Assembly: GCA_964387705.1 (NCBI GenBank) | Contig: CAYLWT010000001.1 | Span: 35,874-99,873 of the forward strand | Reading direction: 5' to 3' | Source of the DNA: an uncultured Christensenella sp. | GTDB taxonomy: Bacteria > Bacillota > Clostridia > Christensenellales > UBA1242 | DNA: 64,000 nucleotides | Shown: positions 36,203-47,294 of the stretch, piece by piece | Position numbering within the stretch: the first letter of the stretch is position 1 | Layout of the letters: every line of letters starts with the position of its first letter | Position numbers and translations under genes: made by a program | Notes under the pieces: model-generated | The model's database searches: none | Told to the model about the DNA's origin: nothing | Seen by the model: the letters and a program-made list of their open reading frames with translations, nothing else

Positions 36203-36937
36203 TTATTCTTGTTCTTCTGGGATAATTACAAGGTGTCTATTTGGTTCCTCGCCTTCGCTTTGAGTTGTCACACCTTCAAAATTTTGAAGAGCAGTGTGAA
36301 TTATTTTACGTTCATAAGCATTCATTCTATCAAGGCGAACTGGCTTGCCATATCTCACAGCCTTGCTTGCCATTCTTTCGGCAAGTTCCACAAGAGCAAT
36401 TTCTCTGCGGTTCTTATAATTCTCCACATCAAAGTAAACTCTACCTTCTCTGTATCCCTTGTTTTTAAGCACGTTTTTAAGCAGTTCTTGAATGGCGTTG
36501 AGAGTTTCTCCTCTGCGACCAATAAGAGCACTCACATGCTCACCAGATGCGTTAAAAAGCACACCATCTTCTGTTTTTGTAAATTCAACTTCGGCTTGAA
36601 CCTTCATTTTCTCAAGAAGTTCTTTCAAAAAGTCCTTGCCAACTTTTTCAACATCAGTTTTCTCTGAAGTTTTTTCTTCCTTTTTAGAAGATTTTTCTTC
36701 TTCCTTACTGACTTTTTTTTCTGCCTTTTTCTCGGCCTTTTCCGCCTTCTTTTCTTCTTTTGATGGTTTCACTTCAACCACACCATCATCATAAGAAAGT
36801 TCAACCTTTGCCTTTCTAAAAAGTCCACCCTCGTCAAGAACTTTTATGTCCACTTCTTCTTGTGAAACGCCAAGTTCCTTAAGTCCTTGTTCAATGGCTT
36901 TTTGCACATTTTTGGCAGTTGCTTGAATTGTTTTCAT
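36203..36937 (-). CDS. jag: Jag/KhpB RNA-binding protein (Jag_N, KH, R3H domains)
   Basis: The N-terminus MKTIQATAKNVQKAIEQGLKELGVSQEEVDIKVLDEG is typical. K/E-rich linker. C-terminal R3H-like region RMNAYERKIIHTAL. Conserved position after yidC. Confidence 0.85.
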   Translation of the reverse strand: MKTIQATAKNVQKAIEQGLKELGVSQEEVDIKVLDEGGLFRKAKVELSYDDGVVEVKPSKEEKKAEKAEKKAEKKVSKEEEKSSKKEEKTSEKTDVEKVGKDFLKELLEKMKVQAEVEFTKTEDGVLFNASGEHVSALIGRRGETLNAIQELLKNVLKNKGYREGRVYFDVENYKNRREIALVELAERMASKAVRYGKPVRLDRMNAYERKIIHTALQNFEGVTTQSEGEEPNRHLVIIPEEQE

Positions 36938-36977
36938 TTTTAAAATTCCTTTTATTTTAGAATTTTCGGCTTACGCC

Positions 36978-38117
36978 TTATCTTACATAATCAGGCTTTA
37001 TAATTTTATTCTTTTCTCTTTCACGCTTGTCCTCAATCTTATTGCAAAGAATGGTTATTGCAGGCGAAAGTGCTGTGCCCATAATTGAGTTTGTTATGAT
37101 ATATATTGAGAATATAGCACTTGAATTCAACGTAAACAAAAGCATTGTAAATGGCATCAAAATCATAAGAAATTTGCCAGACCCAGCTTGTTTAATCTGT
37201 TGTCCAGATTTATCTTTTGGAGTGGATAATTTTTTGTTTATCCATTGTGATAAGAATGTCACTGCAACAACGAGAATTGATAAAATGTAATATCCATTAA
37301 CACTGTTATGCGAACTTTGAAGTTTGCCCATAACATTGTTATAATCTTCTTCAAAAACGGTTTTATCGCCTGTTGATGAAACATAACCATTATAATTTTG
37401 AATTTCCGAAACAGTTGATTTGTCTGCTATCCAAATATTTCTAATCCACAACCAACTATCCTTAATTTCATCATACCTTTTTGAAACATTGTCTTGTGCC
37501 AAAGCCTTAAATTCTTCACCTTTTGCTTGAATTTGTTCAAGAGTTAAATCTGATGTGACTTTTGCATTTTCAAATGTCAAAAGATATGCTTTTCTTTCAT
37601 CACCAGATTTGGTATATAATTCTGCAACTTCTTCGTCAGTCATACTCAAATACTCTTTCAAATATCCACCATCATAAGTTATAGAATATGTATCTTTCAG
37701 GTCATTATATTGATTTTGAATTTTAAATCCAGCAATGCCACGCATAGAATTAAAAAGTGTAAGGAAGATGGTAAGCGTAAGCACCATATACACAAGCATA
37801 ACAATGCACGAGGCCTTCATATTCACACCGCTTTTTGCCATAATCTCATTTTGCTTTTGATAAAGCAGTGTCTGATTTTGCCCATATTGTTTTTTTATTT
37901 TTTCCAATTGGGGTTGAAGTTTTGCCTGAGCCCTAGATTGTCTATTTGTAAACAATCTTTGCAAAAAGTCTATAGGCGACAAGACAAGCTTCAACACAAC
38001 AGTGAACAAAATGATTGTCCACGCATAACTTCCCACCTCAAAAATCTTTATAAGACTAGGCCAAAAACCGCTTGGCCACTGCGAAGTGACGGAAGATAGA
38101 AGATTCATAACAGCCAT
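36978..38117 (-). CDS. yidC: Membrane protein insertase YidC/OxaA family
   Basis: Multi-TM protein in the conserved rnpA-yidD-yidC-jag context. The start may instead be ATG 38108, which forms an ATGA overlap with the yidD stop. Confidence 0.8.
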   Translation of the reverse strand: MAVMNLLSSVTSQWPSGFWPSLIKIFEVGSYAWTIILFTVVLKLVLSPIDFLQRLFTNRQSRAQAKLQPQLEKIKKQYGQNQTLLYQKQNEIMAKSGVNMKASCIVMLVYMVLTLTIFLTLFNSMRGIAGFKIQNQYNDLKDTYSITYDGGYLKEYLSMTDEEVAELYTKSGDERKAYLLTFENAKVTSDLTLEQIQAKGEEFKALAQDNVSKRYDEIKDSWLWIRNIWIADKSTVSEIQNYNGYVSSTGDKTVFEEDYNNVMGKLQSSHNSVNGYYILSILVVAVTFLSQWINKKLSTPKDKSGQQIKQAGSGKFLMILMPFTMLLFTLNSSAIFSIYIITNSIMGTALSPAITILCNKIEDKREREKNKIIKPDYVR

Positions 38118-38410
38118 CTTATATTTCCTTTAATATTTGGTTTTACGGGGTCAAATCCACCCTTTGACCAAGGGTTACACCGAAAAATTCGTTTCACTCC
38201 AAAAATCATTCCACAAAAAACTCCATACTCTTTAACTGCCATCACAAAATATTCTGAGCAAGATGGATAAAATCTGCATGCATGCGGAAGAAGTGGAGAT
38301 ATTATGTATCTATATAACTGAACAAGCCCCAAAACAACTATGTAAATGGGGAATAACAACACAAAAATAATCTTTTGACACGTTGTCTTGTTTTTAAAAT
38401 TATTTTTCAC
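38105..38410 (-). CDS. yidD: Membrane protein insertion efficiency factor YidD
   Basis: YRYIISPLLPHACRFYPSCSEYFVMAVKEYG signature. GTG start overlaps the rnpA stop (GTGA). Confidence 0.85.
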   Translation of the reverse strand: MKNNFKNKTTCQKIIFVLLFPIYIVVLGLVQLYRYIISPLLPHACRFYPSCSEYFVMAVKEYGVFCGMIFGVKRIFRCNPWSKGGFDPVKPNIKGNIRWLL

Positions 38411-38736
38411 AGTTTAACCTTTTGAAACAAGCCTTCAATTTGCGAAACCAATTCCAAAAAGTTTTTTTCCACAGCACTTGGTTTTGCAACAATGACATAA
38501 TTTGCAACAGGGAAGGAATTTATCCTAACCCTAACAATTTCACTCAACCTACGCTTAAGTTTGTGACGAACAACACTATTGCCAACTTTGTTGCTTACAG
38601 AAAATCCAACTTTAGATTGTGAAAATTTAGTTTTTGTTGCAAAAAGAGTTAAATCTTTTGCAAAATAAGTTTCGCCTTTTCGGTATATGTAAGAAAATTC
38701 TTTCTTTTTTTTAAGTCTGTTTTTTGTTTTCAGCAT
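38407..38736 (-). CDS. rnpA: RNase P protein component
   Basis: 109 aa, basic, with the RNR-like motif SNKVGNSVVRHKLKRRLSE. Immediately downstream of rpmH. Confidence 0.9.
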   Translation of the reverse strand: MLKTKNRLKKKKEFSYIYRKGETYFAKDLTLFATKTKFSQSKVGFSVSNKVGNSVVRHKLKRRLSEIVRVRINSFPVANYVIVAKPSAVEKNFLELVSQIEGLFQKVKL

Positions 38737-38739
38737 AGT

Positions 38740-38877
38740 TTAAGCGGAAAGATGTTTTCTGCCACGATTCCTTCTGCGAGAAAGCACTTTTCTTCCGTTC
38801 TTGGTTGCCATTCTTTTTCTAAAACCGTGAACTTTGCTGCGTGAGCGTTTGTTTGGTTGATATGTTCCCTTTTCCAT
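38740..38877 (-). CDS. rpmH: 50S ribosomal protein L34
   Basis: Not in the ORF track because it is under 60 aa. Hand translation: [53 protein letters not shown] 6 nt upstream. Confidence 0.95.
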   Translation of the reverse strand: MEKGTYQPNKRSRSKVHGFRKRMATKNGRKVLSRRRNRGRKHLSA

Positions 38878-38964
38878 AATTACCTCCTATCATTCTCAAG
38901 TTTGTCCACGATTTGACTGATTTTTACCCGAACAATCAGTCCTCAAAATTAAACTTGCTCTCAA

Positions 38965-38993
38965 AGTGTAATAGATTTAATTTCATTTGTCAA
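38965..38993 (-). promoter_or_regulatory. Putative rpmH operon promoter
   Basis: Minus strand: TTGACA-N17-TACACT. A DnaA-box-like TTGTCCACG (two mismatches) and an 8-bp hairpin (GACTGATT/AATCAGTC) lie in the leader. Confidence 0.45.
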
Positions 38994-39135
38994 CAGTTTT
39001 TTGAAATTTGTTGAAACTTTTTTGAAAGGAGATATGGGATGCGAGAACCTGTCCCACACCCCATATTTAAAACAAAATAATATATTTATAAATTATGCCG
39101 ACCAATCCGTCAGCATAAAAACAAGCTAAACTCCG

Positions 39136-40080
39136 CTAAAATTCAAAGTCAAATTCTCCTTGAATATCCGCAGAATCACTTTCAGAATTGCCGGTCGGAA
39201 TTGTCTCCTCCCCTTTATTTTCTTTTTTATTCATAAAGTTTTCCACAATTTTTGACTTGCTTGTGGACAACTTCCTTTTTTTATGTCTTTCAGACGTTAT
39301 AATTTTTTCAGAATAGTCAGTCGCATCAGCTTCATCATCCTCATAAGGAGTCTTAACTTCCATTCCAAAATCAATAACGTAGTCATCTGGAATAGGTTCG
39401 TTATTAACAAAAAGTGCTCCACTTTCATTTCTGGAAATAAGATTTCCATTAAGGTCCACTCCAAGCTCAGTCAACTTGACCATTTTGTAATAATCTTCCA
39501 TCGTCATCTTTCCAAAGCGATTTTCAAGATAAACAAAAGGATCATTTGTAATTTCAAGATGATACAATTTTGCAAGTTTTTCCACAATAGGATTCATAAC
39601 CTGCCTGTATGTTTCCACTCTCGTAAGGTCATTTTTAAGCTTTTTCTTTAAACCAGCAGCACCCTTAACACTTCTCTGAATTTCAATAGGAGTTGCAAGA
39701 TACTCTCTATCCGCAAGTTTATCAACTTTGTCCTCAATAACTTGTGGAAGTTTATAATTTTTAAGTGCAATAGAAATGGCCTTATTTTGCAAAAGAAATA
39801 GGCTTACCAAGTTTTCCTTTGACAATTTGTCCTGCCAATTTTTTTTATTTTGAATAAGTTTTTTGCAAAATTCACTTGCATCATCATCATAAATGAAGAA
39901 ACGCTTTGCAATTGCAGTTTGTGTTTCTGCCAAATAATCTCTTTTGCTTCTTTTAGAAAATTCCGAAGGTTTTGAATCCATATCCTTGCCAAAAATGGAA
40001 CGGATAATTTTATAATTCTCCGAAACTGCATTTCTGCAAATTACCCACTCTTCATCCTCGCTATAATTTTTCATTGTCAT
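39136..40080 (-). CDS. Orphan hypothetical protein (314 aa) between dnaN and rpmH
   Basis: ATG 40080 with GGAGG RBS. No family recognised. The basic stretch KKRKLSTSKSK is followed by an acidic tail ending ...SESDSADIQGEFDFEF*. Confidence 0.75.
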   Translation of the reverse strand: MTMKNYSEDEEWVICRNAVSENYKIIRSIFGKDMDSKPSEFSKRSKRDYLAETQTAIAKRFFIYDDDASEFCKKLIQNKKNWQDKLSKENLVSLFLLQNKAISIALKNYKLPQVIEDKVDKLADREYLATPIEIQRSVKGAAGLKKKLKNDLTRVETYRQVMNPIVEKLAKLYHLEITNDPFVYLENRFGKMTMEDYYKMVKLTELGVDLNGNLISRNESGALFVNNEPIPDDYVIDFGMEVKTPYEDDEADATDYSEKIITSERHKKRKLSTSKSKIVENFMNKKENKGEETIPTGNSESDSADIQGEFDFEF

Positions 40081-40282
40081 ACAAACCTCCTCTTTTCATA
40101 CCAAAAAAATACTTTGGAATCTTTTGGTTTTGTTTTATTGTTCGTAACCAATCACGAGTAAAACTCCACCATTTTTTCGCACAACACTGTCTAACTTTGT
40201 CGACTAAGCAAGATTGTAGTGCCATGCCATAAAGTCACAACTGTCACCCCTAGAACAGACCTATTTGCAACCTTATACTTCA

Positions 40283-40311
40283 ATTGTAAACTACGAAACA
40301 GCCAATGTCAA
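40283..40311 (-). promoter_or_regulatory. Near-consensus SigA-type promoter driving a roughly 200-nt leader of the orphan gene
   Basis: Minus strand: TTGACA (40306-40311)-N17-TACAAT (40283-40288). Confidence 0.6.
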
Positions 40312-40340
40312 TACTTAATGCCATATTTTTTTAATTTTTT

Positions 40341-40374
40341 TTTGAAAATAAAAAATCCCCTACAAAAAGGGGAT
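40341..40374 (-). terminator. Rho-independent terminator after dnaN
   Basis: Minus strand: ATCCCCT-UUUUGU-AGGGGAT hairpin (40355-40374) followed by TTTTTTATTTTC. Confidence 0.75.
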
Positions 40375-40381
40375 TAAAAAT

Positions 40382-41488
40382 TTATTGAGTGATAATTCTT
40401 ACAGGCAAAATAAGGTAAAGATATTCATCACCATCCACAGGCGTCACAACACAAGGACTTGATGGAGTGTTAAAGGAAATTTTAATTGCCTCATCACTCA
40501 TAGTCCTAAGTCCTTCAGAAAAATAGCGAGAATTGAACGCAATAGTAAGGTCATTTCCTGTTAGGGCAATTCCAATGTTTTCTCTTATGTTTCCAATGTC
40601 AGAATTTGACGTTAAAGTCAAAATCTTTTCTCTAATTTCAAACTTCACCAAATTATTTCTATCAATTCTAGACAAAATTGAAGTTCTTTCAATTGCTTCC
40701 TCAAACATGTTTCTTGAAATAATAATGCTTGTTGAAAATTCACTTGGAACAATTTGTTTGTAGTTTATAAAATCTCCCTCAATAAGTCGAGAAATAATTT
40801 TTGTGCTATCAATATCCACCATAAGAAAATTTTTCTGCACACAAATTTTAATTTCTTCATCGCTATCTTCAAGGAATTTTGAAATTTCCGTCAAACTCTT
40901 TGCAGGCACAACAATTCTTGTTTCAACACTGCTATCCTTAACAGGTTTTTTGACCAAAGCAAGTCTATAACCATCAAGTCCAACTGCTGTAATAATTTCC
41001 TTTCCAATTTCAAAACACACACCTTTCAAAATTGGTCTTGTATCATCAAGTGCAGTTGAAAAAATTGATTTTGCAACAAGATTTTTAAAATCTTTTTTGG
41101 ACATGACAAAATATTCACTGTCACCCAAAATTTCCAGATTAGGGAATTCCTTAACATTGTAACATTGAACATAACTTTCGCTATCAGTGTAATTTATTTT
41201 TAACTGGTTCTTATCATTCAACTCAAGTTCAATTCTGTCATTTGTCAACTTTCTAACAAATTCAGAAAAGAATTTTCCTGGAACAACAGCCTCGCCCTCC
41301 ACTTTAACATCTGCTTTAATAGTTTTTTCAATAGCAAGTTCCAAATCTGTTGCTGATAGTTTTAAAGTATCATTTTCCGCAGTCAACTTAATTCCTTCCA
41401 AAACAGGATTTGTTGTTTTTGAAGATATTGCCTTGATAACTTGTGCAGTTGCCACAGACAAATCTAATCCTTCACACGTAACTTTCAT
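40382..41488 (-). CDS. dnaN: DNA polymerase III beta sliding clamp
   Basis: 368 aa. MKVTCEGLDLSVATAQVIKAISSKTTNPVLEGIKLTAENDTLKLSATDLELAIE... is typical. Follows dnaA. Confidence 0.93.
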   Translation of the reverse strand: MKVTCEGLDLSVATAQVIKAISSKTTNPVLEGIKLTAENDTLKLSATDLELAIEKTIKADVKVEGEAVVPGKFFSEFVRKLTNDRIELELNDKNQLKINYTDSESYVQCYNVKEFPNLEILGDSEYFVMSKKDFKNLVAKSIFSTALDDTRPILKGVCFEIGKEIITAVGLDGYRLALVKKPVKDSSVETRIVVPAKSLTEISKFLEDSDEEIKICVQKNFLMVDIDSTKIISRLIEGDFINYKQIVPSEFSTSIIISRNMFEEAIERTSILSRIDRNNLVKFEIREKILTLTSNSDIGNIRENIGIALTGNDLTIAFNSRYFSEGLRTMSDEAIKISFNTPSSPCVVTPVDGDEYLYLILPVRIITQ

Positions 41489-41535
41489 TTAATTCTTCTC
41501 CTTTATTTTTATAATATATATAGTAGCGTTTTCAT

Positions 41536-41890
41536 TGTGCACAACTCAATTTTATCCGCCAAAATCACAACATATTGTGGTTTACTTCACCATTTTAGCA
41601 TTTCAAACCACAATTTTTAGTTGTTGATAACTGCTTTTTCCCATTTCAATAACATTGTGGATAAGTGTATGAAATTGTTGACAACCTCCCATTTTTTTAA
41701 AATCGCATTAAGGTTTTACTATATTATAAATTCAATTATAATATACAAGTTTTAAAGTAAATATTAGGGCAGTGGATTTGTGCATAACTTGTTTTTTTTG
41801 AAAAAACGAACCTTTTATATTGCATTATTTCGTTCAAAACGTCTTAAATTTATCAACAATTTTAGTGGACAACCCATCAAATGTGGATAA
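41536..41890 (-). promoter_or_regulatory. DnaA-box cluster in the dnaA-dnaN spacer (candidate oriC / DUE-containing half)
   Basis: Two perfect TGTGGATAA boxes (41656-41664, 41882-41890). Co-oriented two-mismatch boxes: TGTGCACAA 41536, TGTGGTTTA 41576, AGTGGATTT 41771, AGTGGACAA 41864. One opposite-orientation two-mismatch box: TTATCCGCC 41552. A nearly pure A/T stretch at about 41714-41765 lies between them. Confidence 0.6.
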
Positions 41891-41941
41891 GTTGCTTAAT
41901 TTTAAAAATTCGACAAATTCCATACAACAAATCAAATTTTT

Positions 41942-43291
41942 CTAACTTTCGGACTTTAACATTGTTATCAAGTCGTCAATCTCTGTTTTTAAAGCCTTGT
42001 CTTTTCGCATATTTTCGGCAATTTTATCTCTTGCATGCATAACAGTTGTGTGATCTCGTCCGCCCATACTTTCGCCAATGGTCATAAGGGGAACGTCAAG
42101 CAATTCTGTTGCCACATACATACAAACTTGTCTTGGGTCAACAATTTCTTTATTTTTCTTTTTGCCAACCAAATCGCTTCGTTTAACATTGTAGTATTTA
42201 CAAACAAGGTCAATAATTCTGTCCACTGTCAAATGTTGTGCTCGGTCAAATTCAATGTCTTTCAATGCTTCTTCCGCTTCAAACATAGTTGCTTGAGGTT
42301 TGCCAATAAGCATAGCAAGTGAAACGACTTTGTTCAAACTTCCTTCAAGCTCTCTAATGTTTGTATCAATTTTTTCCGCAAGATATTCCAGCACATTGCT
42401 TTCAACCTTGTAATCTTCCAACATAACCTTTTTTTCCAAAATTGCCAGCCTTGTTTCATAATCAGGCTTTTGAATGTCATGAATAAGACCACCAGCAAAT
42501 CTTGATTTCAATCTTTCTTCAAGCGTTTCCATATTTCGTGGATGTTTGTCGCTCGCTAGCACGATTTGTTTGTTGTGTTGATAAAGGTCATTAAAGGTAT
42601 GGAAGAATTCTTCCTGAGTTCCAGTTTTGTTTGCAATAAATTGAATATCATCAACCATCAAAACGTCAATTTCACGATATTTTTTTCTAAAAGCTTCATT
42701 TGTCTTTTCTCTTATGGCTCTTGTAAAGTCGTTCATAAATTGCTCACAAGTGACATAAAGAAGTTTTGTTTTAGGAAAATTTTTTCGTATGTAATTTCCA
42801 ATGGCGTGTAGAAGGTGAGTTTTGCCCAATCCCACACCACCATAAATAAGAAGAGGGTTAAAATTTTTACCAGGGTTTTTTGCAACGTTTTTGCAAGCAT
42901 AATAGACAACTTGATTGCTTGACCCAACAACAAAGGTATCAAAAGTGTATTTTTCGTTCAGCTTATTTTTTTCGTCAAACTCGTGCTTAATGCGAAGTTC
43001 TTCTTCAGCCTCTCTAACTTCTTCCAAAAGTTCCTTTCCTTCATTTGGCTCAAGAACAATAAGTTCTTCAATTGGCCCGAAGAATTTTTCGCAGGCATTA
43101 CGCAATTTGTTAAAATGAAGTTTTAGAAGTTGATTTTTGTTATTTTCTGTTGTCGCCAAAAAAATTAATTTTCCGCCCTCATACTTAATGGGTTCCAAAG
43201 TCTTGATATACAAGTCATAACTTACGGCAGTAACTTCGCTTTGCATTTCCTTCAAAACTTTGCTCCACGGTGTATAAAGCACATTATTCAT
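41942..43291 (-). CDS. dnaA: Chromosomal replication initiator DnaA
   Basis: AAA+ Walker A GGVGLGKTHLLHAIGN. C-terminal DNA-binding domain (...HTTVMHARDKI...). ATG 43291 (MNNVLYTPW) is preferred over the listed TTG at 43303; GGGGGTG upstream acts as RBS. Confidence 0.95.
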   Translation of the reverse strand: MNNVLYTPWSKVLKEMQSEVTAVSYDLYIKTLEPIKYEGGKLIFLATTENNKNQLLKLHFNKLRNACEKFFGPIEELIVLEPNEGKELLEEVREAEEELRIKHEFDEKNKLNEKYTFDTFVVGSSNQVVYYACKNVAKNPGKNFNPLLIYGGVGLGKTHLLHAIGNYIRKNFPKTKLLYVTCEQFMNDFTRAIREKTNEAFRKKYREIDVLMVDDIQFIANKTGTQEEFFHTFNDLYQHNKQIVLASDKHPRNMETLEERLKSRFAGGLIHDIQKPDYETRLAILEKKVMLEDYKVESNVLEYLAEKIDTNIRELEGSLNKVVSLAMLIGKPQATMFEAEEALKDIEFDRAQHLTVDRIIDLVCKYYNVKRSDLVGKKKNKEIVDPRQVCMYVATELLDVPLMTIGESMGGRDHTTVMHARDKIAENMRKDKALKTEIDDLITMLKSES

Positions 43292-43315
43292 ACGCACCCC
43301 CAAAAATACATTATA

Positions 43316-43344
43316 ATTTTACTATAATAATTTTTTAATGTCAA
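43316..43344 (-). promoter_or_regulatory. Putative dnaA promoter
   Basis: Minus strand: TTGACA (43339-43344)-N17-TAAAAT (43316-43321). Confidence 0.5.
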
Positions 43345-43739
43345 CCCCAGAGCAAAAATAAAAAATATTTTTTAAAAAAACTTGTTAAATTTGCTTGACA
43401 AGGTTTTTGGGCAAAAAATATTGTCGAATAAATGACAAAAGTGCCAAATAATGCATAATTTATAAATTTAATTGTCAAATAAACGCTAAAATTCACTATT
43501 TATGCAAGTTTTAGCAATTTTATGACAATTTATTCTTAATAATATGTATTTCACCAAAATATGTTTTTTTATTTGAAAAATCGACAAAACTTGCATTATA
43601 AGTAAAAAGTAACAATTATGTTGTTTTTTGGATAGTAAAAATAAAAATTAAATAAATTTTTAAGATGTCTATATTAGATATCTTTGATAAAAAAAATATT
43701 TTTATATTACAAAATAAATGTAAAAAAAATACAATAACT

Positions 43740-44831
43740 TCACATACGTGAAATTATTGCATTTTTTACTTGAAACATTGCATCACACTCTCTAAGTTTT
43801 CGTGTAAATTTTGTTGTTGTTAAAATTGTTTGATAATTCTCAATTTCTTTCAAAAAATTTTGACAGCGTTTTGTGTCAAGTTCGCTTAATACATCATCAA
43901 GAAGAAGCACCGGTTTTTCACCAAGTTCATTTTCAAAAAGAACAAGTTCTGCCACCTTAAGTGAAAGTGTTGCAAGACGTTGTTGTCCTTGGGAACCAAA
44001 ATTTCTAATATCAATTTTGTTTATTGTAATTTCAATATCATCTCTATGAGGGCCAACCGTTGTATAGCCAAATTCAAAATCTTTTTTAAGGTTTGTTTTG
44101 TAACTTTGATAAATTTTATTTTTTATTTCTTGCACAGATGAAAGATTTATTCCTTGATATTTTACATTCAATTCTTCTTTTCCAGAAGTTATATTGTGGT
44201 GAACATTTTTTGCAGGTTCTTTTATTTTGTTTAAGAAACAAAGTCTTTCAAAAATTATTTTGCTTGCAACATCGCTCAGTTGAGTGTCCCAAAGGTCAAT
44301 AGTGTCGTGCAAAGTCTCATAAGTTTTTGCTTGTTTTAAAAGTTTGTTGCGTTCGTTTAAAATTTTTTCATAGCGAATAAGATTATAAAAATATGACTTA
44401 TTTAATTGACTTATATCAATATCCATAAATCTTCGTCTATCGGCGGGTCCGTCTTTGACAAGCCCAATTTCATCTGGGGCAAAATAAACCACAGGCATTT
44501 CGCCAATCAGGTCGCCCATACGCTTAATTCCGATTCCGTTAATTTTTATTGTTTTGTTTGTTTGTTCGTTCAAAATCATTTCAATTGTTTGATCATAAAA
44601 TTTTTTTTTGCTCTTAATATAAATTTTTGCGAAGTTGTTTCCCCATTTTATAAGGTCTTTTTCCTTATTAGTTTTAGGTGACTTGCCGATACTACAAAGA
44701 TATACACTTTCCAAAAAATTTGTTTTGCCTTGTGCATTGTTACCTTTAAAAACATTTAATCCCGGAGCAAGCTTCACTTCACATGTAGAATAATTGCGAA
44801 AATTCTCTAATTTAACTTTTTCGATAATCAT
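43740..44831 (-). CDS. recF: DNA replication/repair protein RecF
   Basis: MIIEKVKLENFRNY...GNNAQGKTNFLESVY (Walker A); signature region GSQGQQRLATLSLKVAE; Walker B LLLDDVLSELD. Confidence 0.93.
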   Translation of the reverse strand: MIIEKVKLENFRNYSTCEVKLAPGLNVFKGNNAQGKTNFLESVYLCSIGKSPKTNKEKDLIKWGNNFAKIYIKSKKKFYDQTIEMILNEQTNKTIKINGIGIKRMGDLIGEMPVVYFAPDEIGLVKDGPADRRRFMDIDISQLNKSYFYNLIRYEKILNERNKLLKQAKTYETLHDTIDLWDTQLSDVASKIIFERLCFLNKIKEPAKNVHHNITSGKEELNVKYQGINLSSVQEIKNKIYQSYKTNLKKDFEFGYTTVGPHRDDIEITINKIDIRNFGSQGQQRLATLSLKVAELVLFENELGEKPVLLLDDVLSELDTKRCQNFLKEIENYQTILTTTKFTRKLRECDAMFQVKNAIISRM

Positions 44832-45158
44832 AAATTTATTTTAACATATTTTGAGAAATTTTAAAATATTTTTCAACTATTTTCAAAATTTTTAATATGT
44901 TTGCTTTAAATTTATATATTATCAAAAATTTTAAGTAGTTAAAAGATTTGCTTGCTTTTTTAAAATTATAAAAGAGAGGAATTTTTTTTGTTTTTTTTAA
45001 GCCTTGTTGCTATACAATTTTTGTTTACAATAGTAGTAAGATAAGTAATTTTGTTTAAAAAGATTTTTAAAAAAATTTTTCAAAAAAAGTTATTTTTGTG
45101 GTTGTTTTTTTATATTATATATGTTATATTATATATATAATGTATTATGTATATATAA

Positions 45159-47210
<2,052 letters not shown>

Positions 47211-47294
47211 TTAAATTTTAAGAAAATGCACAAGAATTAATCTCTTTTATTTAAAAGGTTAGTTTCATAAAAGAAAAATAATAAGAAGGTAAAA

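Noticed and set aside
38985-39080. 29-codon plus-strand ORF (MGCENLSHTPYLKQNN...) and a GC-rich hairpin between the orphan gene and rpmH
   Set aside because: The RBS-to-ATG spacing is too short (GGAG-AT-ATG) and the ORF lies on the opposite strand from the whole block. The hairpin (ATATGGG...CCCATAT) is more simply the transcript 3' end of the orphan gene upstream of the rpmH promoter.
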